A DNA stretch of 56,175 bases, filler included, from Jimgerdemannia flammicorona (GCA_003990765.1; 3 parts of 3 records of this genome joined end to end with filler, not necessarily neighbours in it), one strand, 5' to 3'. Positions 23,049 to 36,145 are shown, counted from the first letter of the whole stretch. The notes: generated by a model from the sequence alone, not told the origin. Numbers and translations: made by a program.

Positions 23049-23521
23049 TAGTACTTAGAATAAATTGAATTGAATTGAATTTATCTCTAATTCAATATAT
23101 TTGAACCAAATTAAGAGTCAATTCAATTCAATTCAATTCAATTCAAATCAAAACAAGGTTCAATTTGATTCAAAGTCTAATTTAAATCTAATTTTTCAAA
23201 ATTCAATATCTTGATCAAAAAATATCCAAATTTAATAAATTTTAGCTTATTTGATACACTTTATGATAGAGAATATAGTACAATAAAGAATATTAAATTT
23301 GGACATATTTCCATTAAGTTAATATATTTTGAATTTAGGATAAAGATTTTCAATCAAATTGGACTCTAATTTAATTTAATTAAATTGAATCAGATCTTAA
23401 TTTAATTTAAATTCAACTTAATTTATATTCATTTTGAATTCTAAAATTTCCAATTCAATTCAATTTGAATAACTCTCAATTTGATTTAATTTAAATTGAT
23501 TCAATTTATTTAAGAATACTA
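23049..23521. mobile_element. hAT-type MITE
   Basis: TIRs TAGTACTTAGAATAAATTGAAT / ATTCAATTTATTTAAGAATACTA; degenerate 8-bp TSD TTGCTAAC/GTACTAGC (LTR consensus GTGCCGGC). Confidence 0.7.
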
Positions 23522-24324
23522 GTACTAGCTCAATAGAGATAAATTATAGAGTTGAGATAGCTATATAGATTGGCCTGAGCCCTAGTTATTTTGTCAAAAA
23601 GTAATGAGATATTCAGTTGGGTTTCAAAATGTAAGTTCTTTTAAAATGTAGAAAATTTAAGTAATTTTCTTATTAAGTACAGATTTGATATAATATGATA
23701 GTTTGGCAGACTTTTCCAAATAATAACTAAGTTTTTTAAACTTTATCTAGTAAGTAGACCAAAATGTTGAATAATTCAAGTTCTTCAGACTTAGTCTAAT
23801 ATGTATACTAAAATTAGTAGACTTCTTTATATTGAAAAGTAGACAGAGTAAAAAAGAAAATAAAGCTTATAACTTCTTAGTAAAGACTTATTAATAGATA
23901 TATCTCCTAAGTATATATTTTCAATTCTTCCTGAATTAAGTAGCTTTTGGCAGACAGTTCTTCTAAGTATATAAGATAATTGTCTTTTACTTTTTTGACT
24001 TTTTAGACTAATATTTATTTACTCAAATCTCTTAAATATTTTATATAAGTATAGTTGCTATCTGATTACTATTTAGATATATAATTATAGAATATACAGT
24101 AAGACTAGTTTAGAGAAGATATGATTACTTATTATCTTATAAGAGAGGTATTTCATTAGAACAAATATTCAACTTAAAATAAAAATTTTATTTAAAATGA
24201 TATTTTAGTTGAGATAAAATCAATATACTCAATTTAATATATCTAATTATTTATATAAATTTATAATATATATAATAACTATATAGAGTGACTATACTAA
24301 GTATCTTTTATATATTATTTAGTT

Positions 24325-24657
24325 TAGTACTCTTAAATGAATCAAGTTAATTAAATCAAATCAAATTGAGGGTCAATCAAATCAAATCAAATTTGAATTA
24401 AATTGAGGATCTGATTTGAACTCTAGAAATATAATAATATAATAAAAATATATCTAAATTTAATGATCTTTAGCTTGTTAAATTCCTCTTATATAGAAGA
24501 ATCTAATAAGCCAATAATTGTTAAATTTAGATGTATTTTTATTGAGTTATTATATTTTGAAAAATAGAGCTTAAATTAAATTTTGAATTAAATTAGCCTT
24601 TGATTTGATTTAAATTAAATTAAATTAAATCTTTGACTCAATTTATTAAGAATACTA
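24325..24657. mobile_element. hAT-type MITE
   Basis: TIRs TAGTACTCTTAAAT../..ATTAAGAATACTA; 8-bp TSD ATTTAGTT/ATCTAGTT. Confidence 0.75.
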
Positions 24658-24794
24658 ATCTAGTTATACTATAATATTTACTTATTAAATCAGCCCCCAC
24701 TAAATTATAGTCTATTCTAGAATATCCTTTAGTTAACAATCTTATATTTATAGATATCTTTTATATTTATATCTATATTATTATCTCCTTCTAT

Positions 24795-26111
24795 TATAAT
24801 ATATCTGGCTCAATGGAGGCAAATTCCAAGATTGGGGGTTGATGTAGTTTGACTTGAGCCACTAGTTATTTTGTTAAAAAGTAATAAAATGTTTTATAAT
24901 TCCTGAGGTCCTTGGTATTTAGTGGTATAATAGTCAAGATCTGGATACTATGTGAGCAGTTTCCTTATTGAGACAGGTTCTTGGGTATAGTGGTGATTTG
25001 TATATATATGAATGGGTTTCCTTCTTGAGTCAACTGGGAATGCCACAATTTTGTATAGTGAGACAATCTCTAAAAGTATGTGATTTCTGGGTATAGTGAT
25101 CTTGTGTAGTATAATAATCTTTATATATAGTATGGGCTTCCTTATGTATAACAGTCTATCAATTTAGCAGTTTTCCTTCTTGGGTGATGGCAATCTCTAC
25201 ATAACAATCTCCATATAGTATGATAATTTTCAAAAGTATGTAGTTTCTAGTAGATAACTTGATTTGGCTCACTGGAAATAAATAAATAACTCAGATAGCA
25301 TAGATTCTTCCTGAATTGGTGGCTTCAACTGGAAATATAGTGGATAACTTAAAAATGGCAGATGATGCAGATTCAGCTTCAACTGGGAATACTACTCAGA
25401 TAATATAGATTCTTCCTGAATTGGCAGGCTCTTCTGGGAATATGATGGCACAGATTCTTCTGAATTGGTAGATTTCTTGAAAATAGTAGCTTCAACTGGA
25501 AAATAACTTGGATTCTTGGTAAGTTACATCTAGACTGACTTCATTTGTATGAATAGATTACTGCAAAGTTACATCAAGAGGCTGGCTTGTGGCAAGAAGG
25601 GCAGGCTCTCTGAGAATGTGGCAAATAACTTGGAAATGGTACAAAGTTCTTCCTTGAACTTGGTGGTAAACTTTAGGCTTATCTGGCAAGTGAACCAATA
25701 ATTCCAAAGATTGTAAAGTTCTTCACTCAAACTTGGTGGCAAAATCTTCAGGCTTTATATTGGAAAGTAGACCAGAGTGGAAAGGAGACCAATGCTCAAT
25801 CTTTAAAGACTTCTTTGGTATTTGTATTTCAGACTGAGGTTTATTCACTCTTGTCTCTGAGGTAATTTATACAAGTTGATTGCTATCTGGTTACTATCTA
25901 GCTAACTATAGATTTGCTATATTTGGGTGGACAGCTACTGTCCGGCAGACAGTCACTGTCCAGGGGACAGCCACTGTTCACATTGTTCCCTTTTCTGGCT
26001 ATCTGGTTATTTATACATTTTCTGTGGTAATGGTAGCTAGTTACTATGCTATGCTAATATTCACATCACCTGATTAGGTTTCAAGATTGCTATGTTTTGT
26101 AGTTTATCATA
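24795..26111 (-). repeat. 3' LTR
   Basis: Colinear with 33673-34952; followed by TCAGCCCCCACTAAAG (PPT on minus strand). Confidence 0.9.
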
Positions 26112-26150
26112 TCAGCCCCCACTAAAGAGTAGTCTGTCTCAGACTATTCT

Positions 26151-26657
26151 TTAGTTATTATTCCAATAAGCATAGGCATCTTCTGTGTCTATGCCTGTTC
26201 CATCATCTTCATTATCTATACCAGGGTCACTCTATTCTAGCTCTGGATCCTCTTCTTGTTCTTTGGGAAATGGAATGTCTACTTATTGAAGAATACTCTG
26301 AAAGGTGGTCTTATTTATCTGATGAATATCATTGAGATAGAAATGGGACTGCACCAGAGCTCCAACATTTCATTTGTACAAGGTATAAATTTGTTTGGCA
26401 GTTCTTGCTTCTCAGCAGATTATGTCAGCTGATCCTCCAATATATGGCTGTTCTTGAAGTAGTTGTCTGATATTGTAGAAGGCCTATAGATGGTGGATCT
26501 GTAACAACCTTTGGGTGATGGCAAGGTTCTCTTGATACTTCTGGATCAATTGTATTGGAGTTTCTTCAAGTTGGCAGAACTGGGGTAAGGGAACCAGTAG
26601 AGCCTGAAAGAAGCTGAGGACTAATATCTGGAGGCACTGATCAATCCTTTAGCTCAT
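26151..26657 (-). pseudogene. Extra ORF3 between integrase and PPT (168 codons, unknown function)
   Basis: ATG overlaps the integrase stop (CT-ATG-A); single frame to the TAA at 26151 with five internal stops and no frameshift; similar to 52727-53164. Confidence 0.65.
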
Positions 26658-29539
26658 AGTGTAGAGGGGAGATATAGTTTGAGACAATTGATGTACACTG
26701 GTGTTTTCAGAGTTCATCTGTTCATACTTCTTAAATAGATACTGGTTCCTCTGATGTTGTGTACAAGATAAGATCTTTTCCATTTGAGTTCCAACTTGGC
26801 AGCAAAGTTTATCTTGATCATACTTCTCCAGACTAGGACTTGATCACCAATCTTGATCTTCTGATCCTTCTGCTTCTGGTCATAATACTTCTTTTGTCTT
26901 TTCTGAGCCTTGATAATCTAATTTCGGGCTTCATTATATAACTATTCTGTCTTTTGAAGAAGGTCTCCAAGATTCTCATGGTCAGTAGTTCTGGTCTTCT
27001 TTGCAAACATCATTTTGAATGGCTTTTGTCTGGTGGAAGCAGCAGGGGTATTCTGAATTTCCCATAGGATCTCAGGTAAGCAGAGGTCCCAATTAGTAGA
27101 ATTGACTTGGGCCAGTCCTTTCTTGATAGTCTGGTTCATTCTTTCTGTCATGCCATTGGTCTGAGAGTAATATGATGTGGTCTGTTTAAGGTGGATCTTG
27201 TGAATTTGGACATAAGTTATGATTATGTTATTGATGAATTCTGTGCCTCGGTCAGAGATAAGTTCTTCTGGGGGTCTATATCTAAGTATGAGTCTATAGA
27301 GAAGGCATATAATGGTTAGGGCATCCATGATTTCCATTGGAAAAGCCTCAGGCCACTTGGTCAGATGTTCTACAAATACAAGAATGTATTTATTTATTCT
27401 TAGTATAACTGATAGAGGTCCAATTATATCTATTCCCCATCTCTGAAAGATGTTATCTGATGGTGTGATTGGTTGCAATGATGCTTGATAGTTCTTCCTT
27501 TCTTAGTACTTCTGGCATGTGTTACATTTCTTGAGTATGTCCCAGACTTGTGTTCTGAGGTTGGGCCAATATTGGTGTATTGTTCACAACTTCTCTTCTA
27601 TATTCGCCTGTCCTTGATGGGCTTTCTGATATTCTTTTTGGATGAGATCTTCTTGTGTCTTGATGGTCTGAAGAGCTTTCTTTAGAGTGTAGTTCCTTGG
27701 AACACCCTTCTTCTGGTTCATTGGAGCTGGGGAAAAAGTACATCAACATTATTGTGAGCTTTCCCTACTTTGTGGATGATGGCGATTTTGTAATCCTAAA
27801 GGATAAAGATCCAGCAGGCTAGGATTCCAGCAGGTTCCTTGTAGTTGAATAACTATTTGAGAGCTATATGGTCTGTGATCAGAGTGAACCTTTTTCTGAT
27901 GAGATAATACTTGAACAGGGTGACCACCTATATGACTGCAAGATATTCCAGTTTAGTGCTACCATAGTTCATCTGCTGCTGATTGGTAGCTCTACTTGTA
28001 TAAGCTATCACATAGTACTATTGATTGAGTCCTTCTTGGGCTAGAACTGCTCCAAGGCCATCTTTAGAAGTATCTGTATACAAGATGAATGGCTTTTATA
28101 GATTGGGATGTACAAGGATCAGTGCTGTAGTCATATAGTTCTTGAGTTCTTTGAAAGCTTTTTTCTTATAATTCTGTCCATTTGAATGGTACTCCTTTCT
28201 TGAGAAGGATCTGGATTGGGGCAATAATTTGGGCAAAGTCCTTGATAAACCTTCTGTAGTAATATACTAGTATCAGGAATGATAGTGTTTCCTTCAGAGT
28301 CTTGGGTACTGGCCAATTGTTGATCTTCTCAGTTTTCTTTGGGTCTGTATGGATTCCTTCTTTTGAAACTATGAATCTAAGAAATTTGAGTTTCTGTTTT
28401 CCAAAGTAGCATTTCTTTGCATTTAGCCTCAAGTGGTTCTTGCAGGTAAGCTTGAAGAATTCCTCTAGGTGGTGCAGGTATTCTTTGAAATTTGCTGAAT
28501 AGATGTTGGAATTATCCATATATACAATCAGACAGTAGGGTATCAAGGGAGCATAGACTGAATTCATCATCCTCTGAAAGGTGGGGGGTATATTGCAAAG
28601 TCCAAAGAGTATTTGGAGGTACTCAAACAGTTTTCCTAGAGTAAGGAAGGCTGTCTTTTGAATGTTCTTGGGGTCTATGGGGATCTCATGGAATCCTGTG
28701 AAGAGGTCCATACTGCTGAAGTATCTGGCATCTTATAACTTATCCAAAAGGTCATCGATTCTGGACAAAGGATAGGTATCCTTTTTGGTGACTGAATTGA
28801 GTTTCCTGTAATCAACTCAGAGTCTCCATCCTCCTTTCTTTGGTACAATAAGTATAGGGCTAGCCCAGGGGCTGGTAGAGGATTGGATAACCCCATTGTC
28901 TAAGAGTTCTTGAATGTGCTCTTTTTTAAATGTTTTTAAGTGATGGGATATCCTATAGGGTTTCTGCCAGATGGGTGTTGCATTTCCAATATTTATGCTG
29001 TGGTAATATGATTGGTTGTATGGCAGGTTCCCATAATCGGTAGTAAAGATATCTTGATATTTGTTGAGAAGTTCTACTAGTTGTTACTATTGTTGGGGAG
29101 TCAATTCTTCTCCAATGTTGGTGGAAGGCTTCACTGTCTCCTGGGTCGCAGAGGGGCCTTCCCTTTCTTCTGAGACCTTTTGCCATTTCCCAATAGGTTT
29201 AGCTCATAAATTTCCCTATGAGTTTGGTTGAGAAAAGGTATCAGATGTTCTATGATGGTTCCTTTTGGTAAGATAATGGTCTCCCAACTTTGGTTGGTTG
29301 CTCAGAAGTATACTAGATTCATCTTATCAGGGAATGTGTGTCCCTCTATGTCCAGGTATGGGATATCTTCCTTGGGTTCAAAGAAAAGATTTCTGAGATC
29401 AGGTGGTGCAAAGATTTCGAAGGTAGTTTGTTCTCCAGGCTCCAGGATAAGATTCTTGTGCAGTCTGACTGGTTGCTGGTATACTTGCTGGGGAACATTC
29501 CTCTTGAGGTGGTTGACTTGAAGGAGATATACTTCCTTC

Positions 29540-29950
29540 TTGTCTGAACTTCTGAATCCTTTGGCTTATCTTATTCCTTCAGTCAATTCAGAGACTTCTT
29601 GTATTTGTGGGGTCTTGACCTTCATGAAGACTGCTTGGGCAATCTTCTGTCCTCTTATAATTCAATGCCATTCTGCACTGCTATTGTATAAGATAACCTT
29701 GATTTTGTCTGTATATCCTGAGTCAATGGTTCCTCCTTCCACAGTTATTCCTTGTCTGGTAAGTCTAGACCTTGAGGTCAGTTGGATGTAAGATCCTTGG
29801 TATGGCTGCATGGCTAATCCAGTTCTGATCATAAAGGTTTTTCCAGGCTTAATAGATTCATCCTCTAGACTATAAAGATCATACCCTATATCTTCTGGGT
29901 GAGCTTTAGTCAGGGGTTTGGCCTTGGGATATAGCAGGGTATACTGGGCA
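29540..29950 (-). pseudogene. dUTPase domain within Gypsy pol
   Basis: All five trimeric-dUTPase motifs in order: DIGYDL, SRSRL, GGTIDSGYTDKIKV, GQKIAQ, R*AKGFRSS. Confidence 0.9.
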
Positions 29951-32900
29951 ATGTCCTTGCTGAGTTCAGACTGTCTTAGGGCTGAAGCTCCACTAGCAGA
30001 GATCCTCCAAGCTCTAAGGTTGAGGTGTAACCATCTGGCTCCAGTAGAGGGGTCTCAGAGATAGTTAATTTCCCTTCTTCCTATAGGGTCTAGGGCTTCC
30101 ATGAAGTTGGTGACATCTTCTGCCCATCCTTGGCAAATTGCATGTCTGATGAGAGCTAGGATGTCTTCTCCTAAATCATAGATCTTGAGGATCCTTCTTT
30201 CTGGCTTTTTGGTCTCGCTTTTTTGGATCTGGCTTCTGTTATCTCCTCTCTTCAAGGTGTGAACTATAATATCATGGCTGAGATGGATCTTCTAATATCT
30301 GCAGTCTCAGCAGTCTGGGTGTCTTCTATGGTTATAATATCCTATTACTCAGAAATGATGTTCTCAGTTATTGATCTCTTATTGTCTTGGGAATCAGTAT
30401 CCATCTTAGTTATAGGTGGGTGGAAGAGTAGACAAGAGATATATCTCTGTCTGGGTGAAGAAACCTTGTCCCCTGAATCAGCTTTGCAATTTAGTGGTAA
30501 CTTCTTAGAAGGTAGTTGACTGTATAAGTGTATTTGGAGGTTCTGGTCTCTGGGGCCTCTGTCACTCCTATTGGTCTAGTAAATGACACTGATAGCAGTA
30601 GTCTTGAGGATAGTGGAAGACCATTTGGTGTGGACATCTTCCTAGCTAAAAAGCCTTTTCTTGGTGAGTTTCTTTCTTGGAGATAATAGTGATTATACTG
30701 GGTCCTTCTTCTGTATTCCAAGGGTCATTGTCTTCAGATGGTGTCCAGTGAGGATCATCCCAGGGAATGAGTTCAGGGACCTCATCTTCTTTAGGTACTT
30801 CTTGTTTAGGGACTTCTTAGTCGGAAGTTTCTTCTTCCTCAGATGATTCTTGACTCCAAATTGCTTATACTTCTGCAGCTTTAGTTGCAGGTGGTTCTGG
30901 AACATGTCTGTATTTCTTCTTCTACTTTCTGCATTCTGGGCAGACTGTATCAGATGATTTCCTTGTTTCCATGATCTTGGAGGAATGCTCAGAACACTTG
31001 TATCTCTTGAGGCAGATAGGACATTCTTTGGCTTCTCCTGCAATAGTTCCAATAGTGATAGAGATAGTGTTCTTGGCCCACCCATTGTCTTCTGGTCTGT
31101 CATCCACCAGGTTAATTTGGGGATTGAGTCTGAGATCATTTCTATCTTTGGATTCTTCTTTCTCTTCTGTAGTAGACTCCTAACTGCTGGCATATTCTTC
31201 CTGAATAGTGACCTTCTTTTTCTTCTTTGATTACTCATAGCTAGTCATCTTAACTCTGTACTTCTTGCCTCAGTAGTCAAACTTGAGTACTTGTTGACCA
31301 ATATCAATGACTGTATTCATTTCCTTCATCCAATTAGTGCCAAGAATTATGTCATAGGTGACAGCTTCTGTGACAACAGCTTTGGGGATAGAGAACTGAA
31401 TGTATCTAAGGGAGATAGTAATGTTTCATACTTCTCCAAGAGGTTGAGTTCGGACTCCATCTGCTACTATGATGCTGAGATTGGATGGTCTATTAATGGA
31501 CTATTGAAGAGTGTCCAGGAACTGTTTGGCAATGATACAGATGGCTGCTCCTGTGTCTATGAGGATCTTTGCCTTTTGTCCTCCAATATCTCCATATAGG
31601 TAGGTGCTGACATGTCTTTCAGCTGCTTGGATAGGGATGGGGACTGGTTCTTACTATGGGATTGGAACTCAGCCAGTGCTAGACCTGGTGGTTCTCAGCA
31701 ATTTGTTTTGGACTCCAGCTGGTGTCAGTTGCAGGAACTGCAGGAGAGGGACTTCTATCTTGGTCTCTTGGATCTTCTGCCAGGCTTCATTATAGATATC
31801 TCTAGGAATAGTCTTTGGGGTGTATTTTTTCTTAGGCTTTGGGACAACAGGTTCCTGTTCTTCTTGTTCCATTTCTTCATCTTCTGATGGCAACTTATTT
31901 GTTCTGAGACAAAAGGTGAGAGGGTTCAGGGGGGTGTTTCTACTTGTTCTTCTTTATATTCTTCATCTTCCTCTTAGATAGTTCTTCTGCTGACATTTAT
32001 AGATGGCCTTCCTACAGGTCTCTTCCTTTTCTCTGCTGAGTAGACTGTTTTCTGAGTGGTAACCTTGGTAGGATACAAGTCTAGGTCACTGTAGTCTTCA
32101 CTGTTGCTTACTTCCTCAAAATCTTCAACAGGATGGGCTTCAGTCTTCTTGTACTGAGTGTCATTTCTTTGGTTTGGTAATTCTGAGTCCCTTTGGTCAC
32201 TTCTTTTGTTATCACATTCAGTGGCATAGTATCCGAATTGTCCACAGTAGAAGCATAAAACTTGGGCTCTATCTTGAATAGGGTATCTTCTTTCTTCTTA
32301 CTGATAGTTCCTGTTATCTCTTAGTGGATAACCTTGGTTCCTCTGTGATGGGTATCCTCTGTTATCTTGGTAGCTCTGATTTTCACATATAGTAAGTTTT
32401 TCAATCAGTCCAACCAATCAATCCAACTTGGAGCTGAGGTCTTGAATTTCACTTCTGTCCTTCTTTCCTTTTTTGACTGGTCTTTTTTCTTCAGATCTCT
32501 CTTATCCTTGAAGGAGTCCTTGTAGGGCTTTGACCAGGATATCTTCTTTATCTTCTTTCTTATCATGATCACAAGTAGTTCCTTATCTGACATCAAAGAA
32601 TCCTTGGGCTGCATCTACTTGCTCTTCAGATCTTCTGATACCTAGGGTGCAGATATGCTGGACAATGTTTGGAGAAATTCCATTCATAAAGGTCATTGGA
32701 CCTATGATGTCCTGGTTGGTGGTATTGAACCTTGCAGCATACATTCTCTTTTGGATTCTTATGAAGAAGGCTCTGGGTGATTCTCCAAGATTCATCTTTA
32801 TCCCTATAATGGATTCTTAAGCCTTGTGGTGGGTTTCATTTTCTGCATACTTTTCAATAAGCCAGTGGACCATGGCCTCATATTCTAGCTCATAAGACAT

Positions 32901-33652
32901 TACTGCTTATATCTGTCTTGCTAGTTCTAAATCTGGGTTGTTTGCTGTTCAATGGAAAATTCCTCTAGCTGGTTCTCTGAGCTGAGCCTTATGGATGGTG
33001 ATTTTTCTTTCATCTGAGAGATTCCTCAAGTCTGCAATTTCTTCAATTCTATCAAGGAATTCTCTGGGATCTTCCTCTGGATATCCTGTAAAGGTTGGCA
33101 ATGAGGTAGCCATTTTGTAGTCACTTTCATCTGATTCTGGTTCTGTTCCAGATTCCGATTCTGGTTCACTTTCTGAACTATCACTGGAGATGGGAGTGCT
33201 TGGGTATCCTGAGGATGGTGTTTTAGTCCTGGATCAAAGTAGAATGAGCCTAGGTATTCTAGTAGGAACTACTTCCAACTCTGCAAGGGGTTGTGGTAAA
33301 GATTCTATTGGTGAGATTGATGGGATAGGTATGGGGTGTCTGGCTGTAAGATCTCAGGTTTGTGTGATAAGATCTTCTAGTTCCTGTGCAAGTTCTTCAA
33401 AATCTCTAGCAGGGCTGCCTATATTGTCTGGTTGATCTGGTTGGGGATTTCAGGCTATACTGCCTTCTGGTTCTGGTTGGGATCCTTCTGATACTGAGTA
33501 GTTGGCAATTTTTGATGTGATTACTTCTCTTTCTGTCTAGATACTAGTGATAACTGGTTCTCCTATAGTGGTAGAGGTTGGTGTTATATCAAATATATCC
33601 AGTTTGACTATGGGTTCTTGTGAGCTGAAAAGTCATGTTGATTTTTGAAATC

Positions 33653-33670
33653 TTCCCAGTTGAGCCCCCA
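33653..33670 (-). promoter_or_regulatory. Primer-binding site, tRNA-Pro type
   Basis: TGGGGGCTCAACTGGGAA, 2 nt after the 5' LTR; compare the classical tRNA-Pro PBS TGGGGGCTCGTCCGGGAT. Confidence 0.7.
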
Positions 33671-33672
33671 AA

Positions 33673-34952
33673 TGTAATGTGTCTGGCTCAATGGAGGCAA
33701 ATTACAAGATTGGAGGTTGATGTAGTTTGGCTTGAGCCCCCAGTAACTTTGTTAAAAAGTAACAAAATGTTCTATGATTCCTGAGGTCTTTGGTGTTTAG
33801 TGGTATAATAGTCAAGATCTGGATACTATGTGAGCAGTTTTCTTGTTGGGACAGGTTTTTGGATATAGTGGCAATTTATGTGTGTGAGAATAGGTTTTCT
33901 TCTTAGGTCAACTAGGAATGCCACAATTTTGTATAGTGAGGCAATCTCCAAAAGTATGCAATTTCTGAGTGTAATAATCTTGTATAGTATAATGATCTTT
34001 ATGTAGTGCAGGCTTTCTTATACATGATGATCTGTCAATTTAGTGGTTTTTCTTCTTGGGTGATGGTGATCTCTGCATGACAATCTCCATGTAGTGTGAT
34101 GATTTCCAAAAGTATGCAGTTTCTGGTGGATAACTCAATTTGGCTCACTGGAAATAAACGAATAACTTGAATGGCATGGATTCTTCCTGAATCAGCAGCT
34201 TCAACTGGGAATGTGGTGGATAACTTAGAAATAATAGATAATGTGGATTTGGCTTCAACTAGGAATACTACTTGAATGATTCAGATTCTTCCTGAATCAG
34301 CCAGCTCTTCTGGGAATATGATAGCATAGATTCTTCTGAATCAGTAGACTTCTTGAAAATCGCAGCTTCAACTGGGAAATAACTCAGATTCTTGGCAAGT
34401 TACATCTAGACTGGCTTCATTTGCATGAACAGATCACTGCAAAGTTGTGTCAAGAGGCTGGCTTGTGACAAGAAGGGCAGGCTCTCTGGGAATATAGCAA
34501 ATAACTTAGAAATGGCAGCAAAGTTCATTCTTGAATTCAGTGGCAAACTTCAGGCTTATCTGGCAAACAAACTAATAATTCCAAAGGCAGTGAAGTTCTT
34601 CACTCAAACTTGGTTGCAAAATCTTCAGGCTTTATATCAGAAAGTGGACCAGAGTAAAAAGGAGACCAATGCTCAATATTTAGAGGCTTCTTTGGTATTT
34701 GTATTTTGGACTGAGGTTTATTCACTCTTGTCTCTGGGGTAATTTATACAAGTTGGTTACTATCTGATTGCTATCTGGCTAACTATAGATTTGCTATATT
34801 TGGGTGGACAGCTACTGTTCACATTATTCCCTTTTCTGACTATCTGGTTATTTATACATATTTCATGGTAATGGTGGCTGGTTACTATGCTATGCTAATA
34901 TTCATATCACCTGGGTAGGTTTTGAGATTGCTATGTTTTGTGGTTGGTCACA
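33673..34952 (-). repeat. 5' LTR
   Basis: TGTAAT...GGTCACA; colinear with 24795-26111. Confidence 0.9.
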
Positions 34953-34956
34953 CTAT

Positions 34957-36145
34957 ATATAAATTACTCTATTCTAGAGACTCTTCTTATTCTTCAGAAA
35001 TAGAACCTCATTATGGTCAATAATACTTAAATAAGTAACTTTGTTCATTTTTATATATTACTTAGAAAGAACTGAGTCTATATTAGAGCTATAATATTTT
35101 ATTTATAGATTATATAAAATCTGTCTGCAGTAGTGGTATTCTTTCAAAATAGATTAGTAGTAATATAGATATAGATTTATTCTGAAGCTAGAAGATCTTA
35201 TAGCTATTTATCAATTATGTAGTAAGTCTATAGTTAATAGATCTATAGTAGATATTCTACTAAGGTGAGATTCTTTTAATATATTTAAATCTGTTAGAGG
35301 TAGGTTTTATTATTTTTACAGAACTGAAATAGTAGAACTGATAGAATCTGGAAAGAGTTAAAAATAAGGCTCTGAAGATAATAGTTAATTCTCTAGTTTA
35401 TAGTATAGATATATAATAAATATATCTTAAGATATTTGATATAAACTAGAGTTCTCAGATTCTATCTATCTATACTTCTTATATAGATACTTATTTCTTT
35501 GATATTATATATGAGATAGAGTTCTTTCTATTTAAGTTCCAGCTTTATAGCAAAATTGATTTTTATTATACTTCTCTAAATAAGGACTTAATATCTAATC
35601 TTAATCTTCTAATCCTTTTACTTTTGATTATAGTAGTTCTTCTACTTTTTTGAGCCTTGATTATCTGAGCTCAGGCTTGACTTTGTAATTGTTCTGCTTT
35701 TTTCCAGAAATTTTCTGAGATTCTCATAACCAGCAGTCCTGAGTTTCTTATTAAATATCATTTTAAATAACTTTATTTAGTGGAGATAGTAGAGATATTT
35801 CAAATTTTCCACAGAATATTAGATAAATAGAGGTTTTAGTTAATATAATTGATACAGATAAGTTTTTCATAAGTAATAGTCAGATTCAATCATTCTGTTA
35901 TACTATTTGTTTAAGAGTAGTATATATAATATAGTTTTTTTGAGGTAAATCTTATAAATTTATATATAAGTTATAATTAATCTATTAATAAATTCTGTAC
36001 CACAGTCTGAGATAAGTTCTTTCAGAGATCTATATCTGAGTGTAAGACTATGAAAAAGGCTGATAATGATCAAGACATCAGTGATTTCTATTGAGAAGAT
36101 TTCAGAGTATAGTAAGATATATTGTATAATATCTTTACTAAGTAT
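34957..36145 (-). mobile_element. Internal region (ORF3 and integrase remnants) of the oldest Gypsy copy
   Basis: Eroded match to ~26215-27350, e.g. LISDCGTEFINRLIITYI. Confidence 0.75.

Larger units (their letters stand above)
23035..24794 (-). mobile_element. Oldest Gypsy copy: degenerate 3' LTR plus PPT, interrupted by two MITEs and the younger element
   Basis: Eroded match to the LTR start (TGTAACGTGCCGGCTCAATGGAGG); TCAGCCCCCACTAAA (PPT on minus strand) at ~24690; internal part resumes at 34957. Confidence 0.7.
24795..34952 (-). mobile_element. Full-length degenerate Ty3/Gypsy LTR retrotransposon (gag-PR-X-dUTPase-RT-RH-IN-ORF3)
   Basis: LTRs 24795-26111 and 33673-34952; 4-bp TSD CTAT; PBS 33653-33670; PPT ~26112-26126. 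Gag knuckle CFYCGQFGYYATEC (~32215-32255); protease ILIDTGAAIC (~31550); RT MDLFTGFHEI..YMDN; integrase RWGIDIIGPL..ISDRGTEF..QTNGMTER. Confidence 0.93.
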
